A stretch of 64,000 nt of DNA from an uncultured Acidobacteriota bacterium (GCA_963822445.1 CAWGHO010000002.1:1792001-1856000), one strand, 5' to 3'; positions 19,888-28,985 are shown, counted from the first letter of the stretch. Numbers and translations: made by a program. The notes: a model not told the origin generated them from the letters alone.

Positions 19888-20735
19888 TGCGGGTTGCGAC
19901 GACGATCGAGGAAACGCGCCATGCCGTACGCGTCGCGCGTACGCACGGCGCGACCATCGGTTTCGTGCCGACCATGGGCTTTCTGCATGCGGGTCACATC
20001 TCGCTGATCGACGTCGCCCGCGAGGCCGGTGCGACGTTCATCGCCGTGTCGATCTTCGTGAATCCGAAGCAGTTCGGGCCGACCGAGGACTTCAGCCGTT
20101 ACCCGCGCGACGAGGAACGCGATCGCGCGCTGCTGGAGAAAGCCGGCGTCGACCTGCTGTTCCTGCCGCCGGTCGAAGTGATGTATCCGGCCGGCGCGGC
20201 GACGACGATCTCCGTTTCGACGGTGGCAAAGCCGCTGGAAGGCGAGCGGCGTCCCGGGCATTTCGACGGTGTGGCCACGGTCGTGGCGAAGCTCTTCAAC
20301 ATCGTGCAGGCCGACGTGGCCGCGTTCGGACGGAAAGACGCGCAGCAGTGCGCGGTGATCGAGCGGATGGTGCGCGATCTCGATCTGCCGGTGCGGCTCA
20401 TGTTCGGCGAGACGCTGCGCGAGCACGACGGCTTGGCCATGTCCTCGCGGAACAGCTATCTGTCGGCCGAAGAGCGGGGGAAGGCGCCGGTTCTGCATCG
20501 GGCGTTGCGCGCGGGAGAAGAAGCCATAACGCACGGGATTCATGAAGTGGCAGGGGTCGAGAAGCTGATGAATCGTGTGGTCAGTGAAGAGGGTGGCGTC
20601 GAGGTCGACTATCTGGCGGTCGTCGATCCGCTGACGTTCGAAGCGCCGCAGGATTTCGATCGCGAAGTGTTGCTCGCCGGCGCGGTGAAGATCGGCCGGA
20701 CGCGCCTGATCGACAACATCCGGGTGCGCGCATGA
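19887..20735 (+). CDS. panC: Pantoate--beta-alanine ligase
   Basis: VPTMGFLHAGH, SIFVNPKQF, RPGHFDGV, FGRKDAQQ, GLAMSSRN, RLIDN. Confidence 0.97.
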   Translation: MRVATTIEETRHAVRVARTHGATIGFVPTMGFLHAGHISLIDVAREAGATFIAVSIFVNPKQFGPTEDFSRYPRDEERDRALLEKAGVDLLFLPPVEVMYPAGAATTISVSTVAKPLEGERRPGHFDGVATVVAKLFNIVQADVAAFGRKDAQQCAVIERMVRDLDLPVRLMFGETLREHDGLAMSSRNSYLSAEERGKAPVLHRALRAGEEAITHGIHEVAGVEKLMNRVVSEEGGVEVDYLAVVDPLTFEAPQDFDREVLLAGAVKIGRTRLIDNIRVRA

Positions 20736-21070
20736 TGCGGCGCCTCGTTCGCGCCGCGGTTCAGAACGCGACCGTGACGCACGGCAGCGCGCTCACCCTG
20801 CGCATCGATCCGCTGATTCTGCGCGCCGCGAACATCCTGCCGCTCGAAGAAGTGGAGATCGTCAATCACGCGACCGGTGAGCGGGTCACCACGTTCGCCG
20901 AAGAAGCAGCCGGCGGTGAAGTGCACGCGCCGCGGATGCGAGCCGGCGACGTGATCAGCATCGTCTCCTGGGGCGTGCTGCACGATGGGCAGACGCTGAA
21001 TCACAGCGCAAAGCTGGTGACGCTTGACGGGAAGAACGAAGTGACGGTTATCGACGAGCGAAATCGATAA
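20732..21070 (+). CDS. panD: Degenerate aspartate 1-decarboxylase (PanD)-like protein
   Basis: Follows panC; ATVT, ID...AANILPLEEVEIVN..TGERVTT and GDVISIV match the PanD scaffold, but catalytic motifs are altered. Confidence 0.7.
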   Translation: MMRRLVRAAVQNATVTHGSALTLRIDPLILRAANILPLEEVEIVNHATGERVTTFAEEAAGGEVHAPRMRAGDVISIVSWGVLHDGQTLNHSAKLVTLDGKNEVTVIDERNR

Positions 21071-22520
21071 AGCCGCGCTCCACATCGACGTCGAGCAGCT
21101 TCACCTTCACCCGGTCGCCGATATCCAGCCCCTTGCCGCCGCGCACGACCTTCCCTTCGACCGGCGGATGGAAGACGCGGACCCAGGTGCCCTTCGCGGA
21201 CGCGCCGGTGACCACGCCCTCGAAATGGTCGCCGATGCGGTCGCCAAGGAGACAGGCGGCGGCGGATTTGCGAACCTGGCGCTCGACTTTGTTCGCCTCG
21301 TCTTCCTGATCGGTACAGTGCTGCGCGAGCTCGGCCAGCTCGTCGAACGTGTACGGCGACGGTTTGCCCGCGAGAGCCGCTTTGACCATCCGGTGGGTGA
21401 TCAGATCGGGATAGCGGCGGTTCGGTGCCGTGGAGTGCGTGTAGTCCTTCACCGCGAGACCGAAATGGCCGGTGGGCTTCTGATCTGCTCGCTCCACGAC
21501 GTACTCACCGGCGCCCATGGCCTTGACCACCGACAGCGAGAGATCGGGAAAGCGCATCGGATCGGCTTTGCGCTGCCTGCGCAGGAACTCCTCCAGCGCC
21601 TTCGCATCCGGCTCCGGCGGCAACCGCTCGCCACGATCCTCGGCGATCTTCTCGATCCGATCCCAGCGCTCCGGCGACCGCACGACGCGGCGGATGCTGG
21701 GCAGTTTGTGCTTCACCAGGAACCGCGCGGTGGTGCCGTTCGCGGCGATCATGAAGTCTTCGATGAGCAGGCGGGCGTTGTTGCGGCGGGCCTGCTTCAG
21801 CTCGACGACCTTGCCGTCGACGATGACCGGACGCGCTTCGATGGTTTCCAGATCGAGCGCGCCCTGTTCGTGACGCAGGTCGCGCATGCGATCGGCGGTG
21901 CGGTCCTGCAGGCGTAGTGCTTCCGCCAATCCTTCGACTCTCGTGACTTTTTCCGGCTCGTCCTGTTCGCCGTCGAGCCACGCCGCCACGCGGTCGTACG
22001 CCAGCTTGGCGTGGTTGTGCACGAGCGCGCGAAAGACTTCCCCCTGTCCGATCGAGCCGTCGTCGCGCACGAGCATCTCGATGACCAGGGCCACGCGATC
22101 TTCGCCTTCGTTGAGCGAGGTGAGATCGGTGGAGAGCCGCTCCGGCAGCATGGGGAAGACCTTCGCCGCCGTGTAGATCGAGGTGGTGTTGTGCTTCGCG
22201 TGGCGATCGACAGGCGTGTCTTTCTTCACCAGCGCGTCGACGTCGGCCACGGCGATGTAGATGCGGACGTTGCCGCCGCCCTCGTCCTTGGCCCAGGTGA
22301 GCTGGTCGAGATCGCGCGAGTCGTCGTTGTCGATCGAGCACCAGCCCCAGTCGCGCAGATCGCGGATGGTTGGGTCGGTTTCGTGCGCGGGGCCGCGAAT
22401 GCCGGCCACCTGTTTTTTCACGTCGTCGTCGAACTCGTGGAGCAGGCCATGCTCGCGCATGGCGTCATTGGCGATGTCGACGAGAAAGTCTTCCTGCCTG
22501 CGATCCCTATTGCGATCCAT
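21048..22520 (-). CDS. RNB-domain exoribonuclease (RNase II/R family, short form)
   Basis: SIDNDDSRDLDQ, IEDFMIAAN, HFGLAVKDYTHSTAPNRRYPDL, C-terminal S1 domain. Confidence 0.93.
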   Translation of the reverse strand: MDRNRDRRQEDFLVDIANDAMREHGLLHEFDDDVKKQVAGIRGPAHETDPTIRDLRDWGWCSIDNDDSRDLDQLTWAKDEGGGNVRIYIAVADVDALVKKDTPVDRHAKHNTTSIYTAAKVFPMLPERLSTDLTSLNEGEDRVALVIEMLVRDDGSIGQGEVFRALVHNHAKLAYDRVAAWLDGEQDEPEKVTRVEGLAEALRLQDRTADRMRDLRHEQGALDLETIEARPVIVDGKVVELKQARRNNARLLIEDFMIAANGTTARFLVKHKLPSIRRVVRSPERWDRIEKIAEDRGERLPPEPDAKALEEFLRRQRKADPMRFPDLSLSVVKAMGAGEYVVERADQKPTGHFGLAVKDYTHSTAPNRRYPDLITHRMVKAALAGKPSPYTFDELAELAQHCTDQEDEANKVERQVRKSAAACLLGDRIGDHFEGVVTGASAKGTWVRVFHPPVEGKVVRGGKGLDIGDRVKVKLLDVDVERGFIDFARR

Positions 22521-22544
22521 GTCCGGGGACGTTATCACCGTGTC

Positions 22545-23696
22545 GTGAAAATCGTTCCGGCCGGGGACAACGCGGTGCTGATGGAGTTGGGGGACGTGAC
22601 CGCGGCGGAGTTGCATGCGCGGGCAGCGGAGATGCGGTCGAAGCCGGGAGTGCTCGCCGTGATTCCGGGGCACTCGTCGCTGTACGTTTTGGAGTGCGGC
22701 GGCAGAGCCGCCGCTTTCAAAGCGGCAGCAGAGCTGCCGCACTCCATCCATCGAGTCAAAGTCAGGTTCGACGGTCCGGATGTGCCCCCTGGCTTCATAC
22801 CCCGACCAATAACGCTCACCGTCCGCTACCTCGGCTTCCGCGGCGGCTTCGGCTACCTCGACGGCTGGCCCGAGGAATGGGCAATGCCCCGAAAATCCAC
22901 CTCGCGACCGGTGAGCCGCGGCTCGTTCGCCATCGCGGGCAATGTCGCCGGCTTCTATCCCATCGACTCGCCCGGCGGCTGGAACATCCTCGGCCACACC
23001 GATTACGACGTCGCCTACGCGCTCGCGCCTGGCGACACGATCGAGATCGAGCCGACCGATGAGCCGCTGGCGTTGCCGCCGTTGCGCGAGATCTCACGCC
23101 CCTCACTGCACACGCCCGTGTTTCCGCCGGACTGGTCCCGCGTGCAGCGCGGCATGCCGCCGGGCGGTCCGTTCGATGACGTGGCCGCGGCGATGATCGA
23201 CGCCCCGGAGCTGATCGAATGCGCGATGGTCTGGCCGAAGCTCGAGGGTGTGTGGGTGGGGCCGGATCTGCGAACGGGCTACGTCGTACCGACTGGGAAA
23301 ATTGAAGGCGGGTTGCGCGGGTATGTCGGGTGTGGTGCAGGCCTCCGGCCTGCCCCAGCGCTACCACGTGGCGATCGCTTCACCATCCAAGCCATGCGCG
23401 GCCCGCACGACATCGGTCTGGATCGCATCGAATGTGAAGTAACGCCGCAGCTCGATCGCGTCGGAATCCGCTTGCGACCGTTGATGCCGATCGCCAACAA
23501 ACCGCCGGCCGACCTGAAATCGATCGGCATGCAATGCGGGACGCTGCAGCTGCATCCCGACGGCAGCGTCGTGGCCATGGGACCGGATCATCCGGTCACC
23601 GGTGGTTACCTGCAGCCGATGACGGTCATCACCACGGAACGGTGGAAGCTCGCCCAGCTTTCTCCGGGCGAGCGCGTCACCTTCATCGCGATTTAG
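22545..23696 (+). CDS. Compact fused 5-oxoprolinase PxpB/PxpC (allophanate hydrolase subunit 1+2)-like protein
   Basis: PAGDNAVLME, GFRGGFGYL, YPIDSPGGWNILGHT (PxpB-like); GPFD, GLRGY, DRVGIRL, GTLQL, PDHPVTGGY (PxpC-like). Confidence 0.85.
   Translation: MKIVPAGDNAVLMELGDVTAAELHARAAEMRSKPGVLAVIPGHSSLYVLECGGRAAAFKAAAELPHSIHRVKVRFDGPDVPPGFIPRPITLTVRYLGFRGGFGYLDGWPEEWAMPRKSTSRPVSRGSFAIAGNVAGFYPIDSPGGWNILGHTDYDVAYALAPGDTIEIEPTDEPLALPPLREISRPSLHTPVFPPDWSRVQRGMPPGGPFDDVAAAMIDAPELIECAMVWPKLEGVWVGPDLRTGYVVPTGKIEGGLRGYVGCGAGLRPAPALPRGDRFTIQAMRGPHDIGLDRIECEVTPQLDRVGIRLRPLMPIANKPPADLKSIGMQCGTLQLHPDGSVVAMGPDHPVTGGYLQPMTVITTERWKLAQLSPGERVTFIAI
22690..22746. repeat. Palindromic element inserted in frame in the pxpBC-like gene
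   Basis: TGGAGTGCGGCGGCAGAGCCGCCGCTTT-C-AAAGCGGCAGCAGAGCTGCCGCACTCCA; same family as the intergenic copy at 43596-43684. Confidence 0.9.
23330..23354. repeat. Half palindromic element in frame in the pxpBC-like gene
   Basis: GTGTGGTGCAGGCCTCCGGCCTGCC is the exact reverse complement of the right arm of the intergenic element at 33421-33481. Confidence 0.85.
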
Positions 23697-24751
23697 GAAC
23701 CGGCCTGGTACCCCGAGCGCGCGGTCACGCGCAGGTCGGGCTGATTGCGGATCGAGACCTGGACCCTCTGGAACTGTCCCGCCTTCGGATTGCGAACGCG
23801 ATACGAGAGCAGGTAGTAGCCGGCGTTGAGGTCGTCGATCTTGTCGAGGGCCGGCACGAAGTTCGTGTTGAAGCGGAAATAGTGGCCGCCTGTGGACTGC
23901 GCGAACTCCTCGAGCCGCTGGTGGTACGCCGGCGGCAGGGTCGGGTCGCTCTGCAGCTGCATCGCGTAGACCGAAACGTTGGCCGCGTTCAGCGCCTCGA
24001 TTGCCGGATCGAGATGACGGCTGCGGTTGAAGATCATGTCCGCGCGGACGTCTTCGCTGTGCTCGATGATTCCCGGCGAAAAGAGCAGCAGGTTCTTGCG
24101 CGCGCGGATCGGCCGCACGGCATCGCCGAGCAGGTCGAGGGCCTGGTAGACCGTGCCGGTCTTCTTCATCATCGCGTTCGCGTCGATGTTCCGGAGAATC
24201 GAAGTCTCGGGAGCATCTTTCGGCGCTTTGGTCAGACCCTTGTGCCAGTTGGTGGCGTCCGTGAGCGCGCGCTCGAGCTTCTTCACGTCATTGGTGAAGT
24301 CGCTGTAGACCTTCAGGCGGAAGTCATGACCGGCGACGGCCAGCAGATCGCCTTCCTTCATCTCCTCGCGAATGAAACGGAGCATGGCCTGGCGGGCGAG
24401 GTAGAGCTGATTGTTGAAGACGCCCGGATCGACCGGCTTGTCGAAGAAGGCGATGAAGTAACGCTCTTCGCGGACGCGCTCGACTTTGAACGGCGCGTTC
24501 TCCTCGCGCTGGTCGAGAAGGCGGCGGTTGGTGAAATAGTCGAGCGACTCGACGGGCTGCTCGAGGCCGTTCTCCTTCACCACGAAGTCGTCCTTGCTGA
24601 GGCCGAGGATCTGGTTGCCTTTGTTGTCGGTGACGATGGCGTCGAGGAGAACGACGTTGACGTCGATGCGCTCCTGGATGGCCGGCTGCTGCTGCGCAAA
24701 CGCGGGAACCGCGAGCGCGAGGATGGAGAGGGCTGCTGCGAAGTGCTTCAT
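23693..24751 (-). CDS. Secreted VWA-domain protein (acidobacterial VWFA-related type)
   Basis: Signal peptide, VNVVLLDAIVTDNKGNQILGLSKDDFVVKENG, RKNLLLFSPG, STGG, YYLLSY, ARSGY. Confidence 0.85.
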   Translation of the reverse strand: MKHFAAALSILALAVPAFAQQQPAIQERIDVNVVLLDAIVTDNKGNQILGLSKDDFVVKENGLEQPVESLDYFTNRRLLDQREENAPFKVERVREERYFIAFFDKPVDPGVFNNQLYLARQAMLRFIREEMKEGDLLAVAGHDFRLKVYSDFTNDVKKLERALTDATNWHKGLTKAPKDAPETSILRNIDANAMMKKTGTVYQALDLLGDAVRPIRARKNLLLFSPGIIEHSEDVRADMIFNRSRHLDPAIEALNAANVSVYAMQLQSDPTLPPAYHQRLEEFAQSTGGHYFRFNTNFVPALDKIDDLNAGYYLLSYRVRNPKAGQFQRVQVSIRNQPDLRVTARSGYQAGS

Positions 24752-24898
24752 GGGCAGTCAAACGGTCCGCGGAGCGGCCGAAATCCTCGCCGTGACAACG
24801 GAATGAAAACCTCTCGACCCCCGTTTGACCGGCCAGCGCGAAATCACCTAGAATCCGCGCTCTTTGCCGCTGGCGCCTGTCGGCGGCGAGTTCTAAAT

Positions 24899-24975
24899 CG
24901 GGGCATAGCTCAGCCTGGTAGAGCGCACGGTTCGGGACCGTGAGGTCGGAGGTTCAAGTCCTCTTGCCCCGACCA
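24899..24975 (+). tRNA. tRNA-Pro(CGG)
   Basis: Acceptor stem CGGGGCA/TGCCCCG, D arm AGCTCAGCCTGGTAGAGC, anticodon arm CACGG-TTCGGGA-CCGTG, T arm GGAGG-TTCAAGT-CCTCT, encoded CCA. Confidence 0.97.
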
Positions 24976-25042
24976 TTTAGAACTCCTTCCCTACCACACC
25001 ACTTTTCGAGCCGTCGCTTGTGCTGTCCGGCTAGCTGGAATT

Positions 25043-25052
25043 TGTGTACACA
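25043..25052. promoter_or_regulatory. Palindromic operator TGTGTACACA for antitoxin autorepression
   Basis: Perfect 10-bp palindrome upstream of the antitoxin; contains GTGTACAC/TGTACA, the known P1 Phd and E. coli YefM operator cores. Confidence 0.65.
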
Positions 25053-25097
25053 CCTGTGCGCTATTTGTGCGAAGAAGGGCTCAGTTGGAGGCACATC

Positions 25098-25361
25098 ATG
25101 AAGACAGCGACGATTCGTGAATTCCGCAGCAACATCGCCGAACTACTTGCAGGTGATGAGTCCGTTCTCGTCACGAAGCACGGAAAACCAGCCGCGGTGG
25201 TCTACCCCCTTCATGACCCCAAAACGATCCCGATCGAGGTCCGGCGGAAGCTCTACCTGGCCATGACCGGAGAGATCGCAAAGCAGCTTGACACGCAAGG
25301 GGTATCGGAAGAGCAGGTCGAGCGTGAATTCAACCAACATAAAAAGGGTCGCCGCCGATAG
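25098..25361 (+). CDS. Phd/YefM-family antitoxin
   Basis: MKTATIREFRSNIAELL...VLVTKHGKPAAVV; GGAGG SD upstream. Confidence 0.88.
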   Translation: MKTATIREFRSNIAELLAGDESVLVTKHGKPAAVVYPLHDPKTIPIEVRRKLYLAMTGEIAKQLDTQGVSEEQVEREFNQHKKGRRR

Positions 25362-25742
25362 CAACGTGTTGCTCTCCGCCGTCGCGGGTAGAGCTGCGCG
25401 TCGAGTCTTTGGGAGTACCGGACTGACCGTTGTCACCACGCAACAGAATGTGGCGGAGGTCAGAGAGTACATACCGGAGTTTGCTGCAAGGTACGAACTT
25501 CCCGAAGCGTTACTGCTGGAGGTTCTCGAGCTGCTACGATCACGGTTCACGAGGACCATGAGTACGCCGGAAGGATCCCAGCGGCGCACGATCTGCTCGG
25601 AAAGCGCGACGAGGACGATGTGGCGCTCGCAGCTCTCGCGCTGACCCTTGACATACCGATCTGGTCAAACGATCGAGATTACGAACACTTCCCCACGGGA
25701 ATCGTTACGACGGCTGCGCTGCTAAAGATTCTTGGAGTCTGA
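25324..25742 (+). pseudogene. PIN-domain (VapC-like) toxin with a 1-nt deletion near 25537; may be a sequencing error
   Basis: ADSNVLLSA, AEV; after the frameshift the frame reads ITVHEDHEY...RDEDDVALAALAL...IWSNDRDY...LLKILGV*, carrying the PIN acidic residues. Confidence 0.82.
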
Positions 25743-25771
25743 GCCGGGGCCTCGCCGGAGCTCACAGTGAC

Positions 25772-26287
25772 CTAACGTTTCGTCCAGGGAACGTCCGCCA
25801 CGCCCGCCTTGTGATTCGCGAAGCGCGCCGCCACGAACAGATAATCCGAAAGCCGGTTCAGATAGGTGATCGTGGACTGCGTGGCCGGTGAGCCATCCTC
25901 CAGCGCGACCACGCGCCGCTCCGCGCGGCGGCAGACGGTGCGGGCGATGTGCAGTTGCGCCGCGGCCGCGCTTCCACCCGGCAGGATGAAAGTCGTGAGC
26001 GGCGTCAGCGCGCTCTCCATTGTGTCGATCGCCCGCTCGAGATCCTCGATGCGCGACGCATCGACTCCCGGAAACCGGCTCGTGCCGGGCGAGGCGAGGT
26101 GCGCGCCGATCTCGAAGAGGTCCGATTGAATCGCGGGGATCTCGGCAACGTCGCTGACTGCGCCGAGGAAGGAGCTCAGTTCGTCGACGGTGCCGTAGGC
26201 TTCGATGCGCGGGTCATTCTTGGCGACGCGCGTCCCGCCGAAGAGAGACGTCTCACCGCGATCGCCGCCACGCGTGTAGATCTTCAC
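25772..26287 (-). CDS. PduO-type ATP:cob(I)alamin adenosyltransferase
   Basis: KIYTRGGDRGETSL, YGTVDEL, FILPGG, RTVCRRAER, YLNRLSDYLF. Confidence 0.95.
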   Translation of the reverse strand: MKIYTRGGDRGETSLFGGTRVAKNDPRIEAYGTVDELSSFLGAVSDVAEIPAIQSDLFEIGAHLASPGTSRFPGVDASRIEDLERAIDTMESALTPLTTFILPGGSAAAAQLHIARTVCRRAERRVVALEDGSPATQSTITYLNRLSDYLFVAARFANHKAGVADVPWTKR

Positions 26288-27894
26288 GCTTCCGATTCGA
26301 GCTGCCGGATCCTCTCCTTGACCACCACCTCCGCCAGGTCGGGGATGACCTCCCAGGCGATGTTGCGCACGACCTGATCGGACATCAGCTCCACCACGCG
26401 GCGGGCGATGCGATCGACCTGCTCATCGGAGAGGTCGCGCGAGATGGGGATGGAGGGCTCGGAGGACGAGGCCAGCGCGGACGATGCTGCTGCCTGCGGC
26501 TCCTCGGGCTCGGGAGCGGTCGGGGACCAGGAGGGCTGCGGGACCGACTCCGGCTCGGGAGCGGGAAGCTCTTCGAGTGCCGGAGCAGCGGCTTCGGTGC
26601 TGGCGAATGGCGAATCCTGCGGCGAGTCGAGCGAGAAGGCCGGCTCGGGCTCGCTCGGCTCTTCGATGACGGGCGGCGCGGACGGAGCCTGTTCCTCTTC
26701 CTCGGGCGACCACGCCGGAGCAGACGGCGACGCGGCCATCTGCTGGAGGTCGTCGAAGCTCATCTTCGGGAAGGCGCGGGTCTCGCCGCTGAACGCGGCC
26801 GGTTCTGCCGGCTCGTCCCACGGCGAAGCATCGGGCGCGGCTGGCGCGGCCGGCTCCGGCTCGGGCGGAAGGGTCTGCGAGGCCGCGAGCTGCTGGAGGT
26901 CGTCGAAGGACATCTTGGTGAAGGCGCGAGTCTCGCCGCTGAACTCTTCGGCGGGCGGCGGCGCGCCGAACGGCGCATCGGCTTCGGGCTCCTCCGCGGA
27001 CGGCGTGCTGTCGAAGGCCGGCGCGTCGAACATCGGCGCCGCGGTACCAAACGACGATGCGGAAGGCGGCGGTGCGGGCTCGTCCCACGGCGACGGCTCG
27101 GGCGGGGGGGGCGGCGGGGCCTGCGGAACCGGCGGCGGCTCGGGAGCGGATGCACCGGAGGCCATTGCGCGCATCTCTTCGAAGCTCATGCGCGGGAACG
27201 CGCGCGTCTCACCGAACTCTTCGGCCGGTGCAGGTCCGCCGAACGGATCGGAAGACTGATCGGCCGGCTGGGCGGCGGGTGTTTCGAACGGCATGTCGGC
27301 AGGCGCGGCCTGCGACGGCGCGGCGCCGAAGATGTCGTTGTCATGCGTGTACGGCAGATTGAGCGCCGGCACGGCCTCGGTCGCACTGCTGAACGGCGAC
27401 AGCGGCGCGGGGCGCGAGGCCGGTGGCGGCGGAGCCGGGGTTGGTGTTTCGTCGAGCCACGGCGAGGCCGCCGGCTCCGGAGCGGAGGGTGCGGCGGCAG
27501 GCGCGGCGGCAACGGGAGCGCTCTGGGCCTGCGAGATGAGTTCTTCGACTTTGTGAATGAGGCTCTGCGACTCGAACGGCTTGGTGACCACCGCGTCGCA
27601 TCCGGCCTTCTCCGCGCGATCGGGATCGAACGGCTCGAACGTGCCCGTCAGCAGGATCACCGGGATGGAACGGTACTCAGGATGCGACTTCACGTACTCA
27701 CAGACTTCGTACCCGTTCTTCTCCGGCATGATGATGTCGGAGAGGATGATGTCGGGTCGCATCTCGGCCAGTTTCTGTACCGCTTTCGCGCCGTTGTTGA
27801 CGGCGGTGACTTCGTAGTCGCCGTCCGAAAACGTCAGCTCGACCACTTTTTGTATGGTGATACTGTCATCCGCAAGAAGGATCTTTTTCGGCAT
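26284..27894 (-). CDS. RomR-like response regulator (receiver + Pro/Ala-rich repeat linker + C-terminal helical domain)
   Basis: Receiver domain ILLADDS, SDIIMP, TKPF; C-terminal VRNIAWEVIPDLAEVVVKERIRQL resembles the Myxococcus RomR C-terminus (from memory). Confidence 0.8.
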   Translation of the reverse strand: MPKKILLADDSITIQKVVELTFSDGDYEVTAVNNGAKAVQKLAEMRPDIILSDIIMPEKNGYEVCEYVKSHPEYRSIPVILLTGTFEPFDPDRAEKAGCDAVVTKPFESQSLIHKVEELISQAQSAPVAAAPAAAPSAPEPAASPWLDETPTPAPPPPASRPAPLSPFSSATEAVPALNLPYTHDNDIFGAAPSQAAPADMPFETPAAQPADQSSDPFGGPAPAEEFGETRAFPRMSFEEMRAMASGASAPEPPPVPQAPPPPPPEPSPWDEPAPPPSASSFGTAAPMFDAPAFDSTPSAEEPEADAPFGAPPPAEEFSGETRAFTKMSFDDLQQLAASQTLPPEPEPAAPAAPDASPWDEPAEPAAFSGETRAFPKMSFDDLQQMAASPSAPAWSPEEEEQAPSAPPVIEEPSEPEPAFSLDSPQDSPFASTEAAAPALEELPAPEPESVPQPSWSPTAPEPEEPQAAASSALASSSEPSIPISRDLSDEQVDRIARRVVELMSDQVVRNIAWEVIPDLAEVVVKERIRQLESEA

Positions 27895-27960
27895 TGATCT
27901 GGCTCCGATGATTTCGAAGCAAGCTACCACGTTAACCAATGCCCGACAAGCGGTTACGGG

Positions 27961-28629
27961 ATGTCTGAACCCTTCCTGATCTTCGGTCATCGGGGTGCTC
28001 CGAAGCGGTTCAAAGAGAACACGCTGGCGGCCTTCGAAGAGACCATTCGCGTAGGCGCCGACGGCTTCGAAACCGACCTCCGCCTGCTCTTCGATCGCAC
28101 CGCCGTGCTCTTCCACGACGATGAGCTTTCGGAGGCCGACATCGAGTCTCTGACCTTCTCCCAATGCGCCGAGCGGGGAGCAACGGTCGAGCGGTTGTCG
28201 GACCTGGCGCGGTTCGCTGGACGGACGACGATGATCCTCGAGGTGAAGCGCGCGAAGTGGGAGGAAGCGCTGCTCGAAGAGGTGAGCGCGTGGCCGGACG
28301 TCGTGATCGCGTCGTTCGATCACTCGGTGGTCACCACCTTGCGGGCCCGAGGCGCAGCGATCCCCCTCGGCATCACCTTTCACGGCTACATCGTCGACGT
28401 TGCCGAATACGCGGCGCGCATCGGCGCGAGCTGGTGCTTTCCGAACTATCACTACGTCAGCGCGGAGATGGTCGACTCACTGCACCAGCGCGGCATCAAG
28501 GTCGTTCCCTGGACCGCGAATCGGACACACGAGTGGGAGCGATTGCGCGACGCCGGCTGCGACGGGATCATCACCGACTACCCCGGCGAGGCTGTCGAAT
28601 GGCGAGCGGGTCTGCCGTCATCGCCTTGA
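27961..28629 (+). CDS. Glycerophosphodiester phosphodiesterase
   Basis: GHRGA, ENTLAAF, ETDLR, FHDD, WTAN, DGIITDYP. Confidence 0.93.
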   Translation: MSEPFLIFGHRGAPKRFKENTLAAFEETIRVGADGFETDLRLLFDRTAVLFHDDELSEADIESLTFSQCAERGATVERLSDLARFAGRTTMILEVKRAKWEEALLEEVSAWPDVVIASFDHSVVTTLRARGAAIPLGITFHGYIVDVAEYAARIGASWCFPNYHYVSAEMVDSLHQRGIKVVPWTANRTHEWERLRDAGCDGIITDYPGEAVEWRAGLPSSP

Positions 28630-28687
28630 ATTTGCTACACTTCGCAACCTTCACCACAACATCGCAGCCGTGAGGGAGGGTGCGGAC

Positions 28688-28882
28688 ATGAAGACCTGGG
28701 AATACAAGATCATCAACGTCCGGTCGGAGAATTACTCGATGGACCCGCGGCGCGCCGAAGAGCTGAACCGCCTCGGCGATGAAGGGTGGGAGCTGGTGAG
28801 CATCACCTCCATCAACTTCAAAACCGGCGCGACCGACCACATCGGCATGGTCTTCAAGCGAGAGAAAGCGGCCGCGCACTAG
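28688..28882 (+). CDS. DUF4177-family small protein
   Basis: WEYK...LNRLGDEGWELVS...FKR; GGAGG SD. Confidence 0.85.
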   Translation: MKTWEYKIINVRSENYSMDPRRAEELNRLGDEGWELVSITSINFKTGATDHIGMVFKREKAAAH

Positions 28883-28985
28883 TCGCTAGTCGTTACTGGC
28901 TAGTCGTTAGTAGTAAGTTCGTCGCTCGAAGCTCGTCCGGTTCGGTTCTACTAACGACTAATCACTAACGACTAACGACTGACTG
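28880..28985. repeat. Inverted tandem heptamer hairpin (TAGTCGT)n/(ACGACTA)n
   Basis: Runs from the DUF4177 stop to the gpmI start; 28944-28982 is the exact reverse complement of 34698-34736. Confidence 0.9.

Noticed and set aside
24899-25771. Intact prophage or ICE at tRNA-Pro
   Set aside because: No integrase or att duplication is seen; housekeeping genes resume within about 800 bp.
28880-28985. CRISPR array interpretation of the short tandem repeats (also 6850, 18167, 34698, 62414)
   Set aside because: Units are 7-8 nt with no unique spacers, and no cas genes are present.
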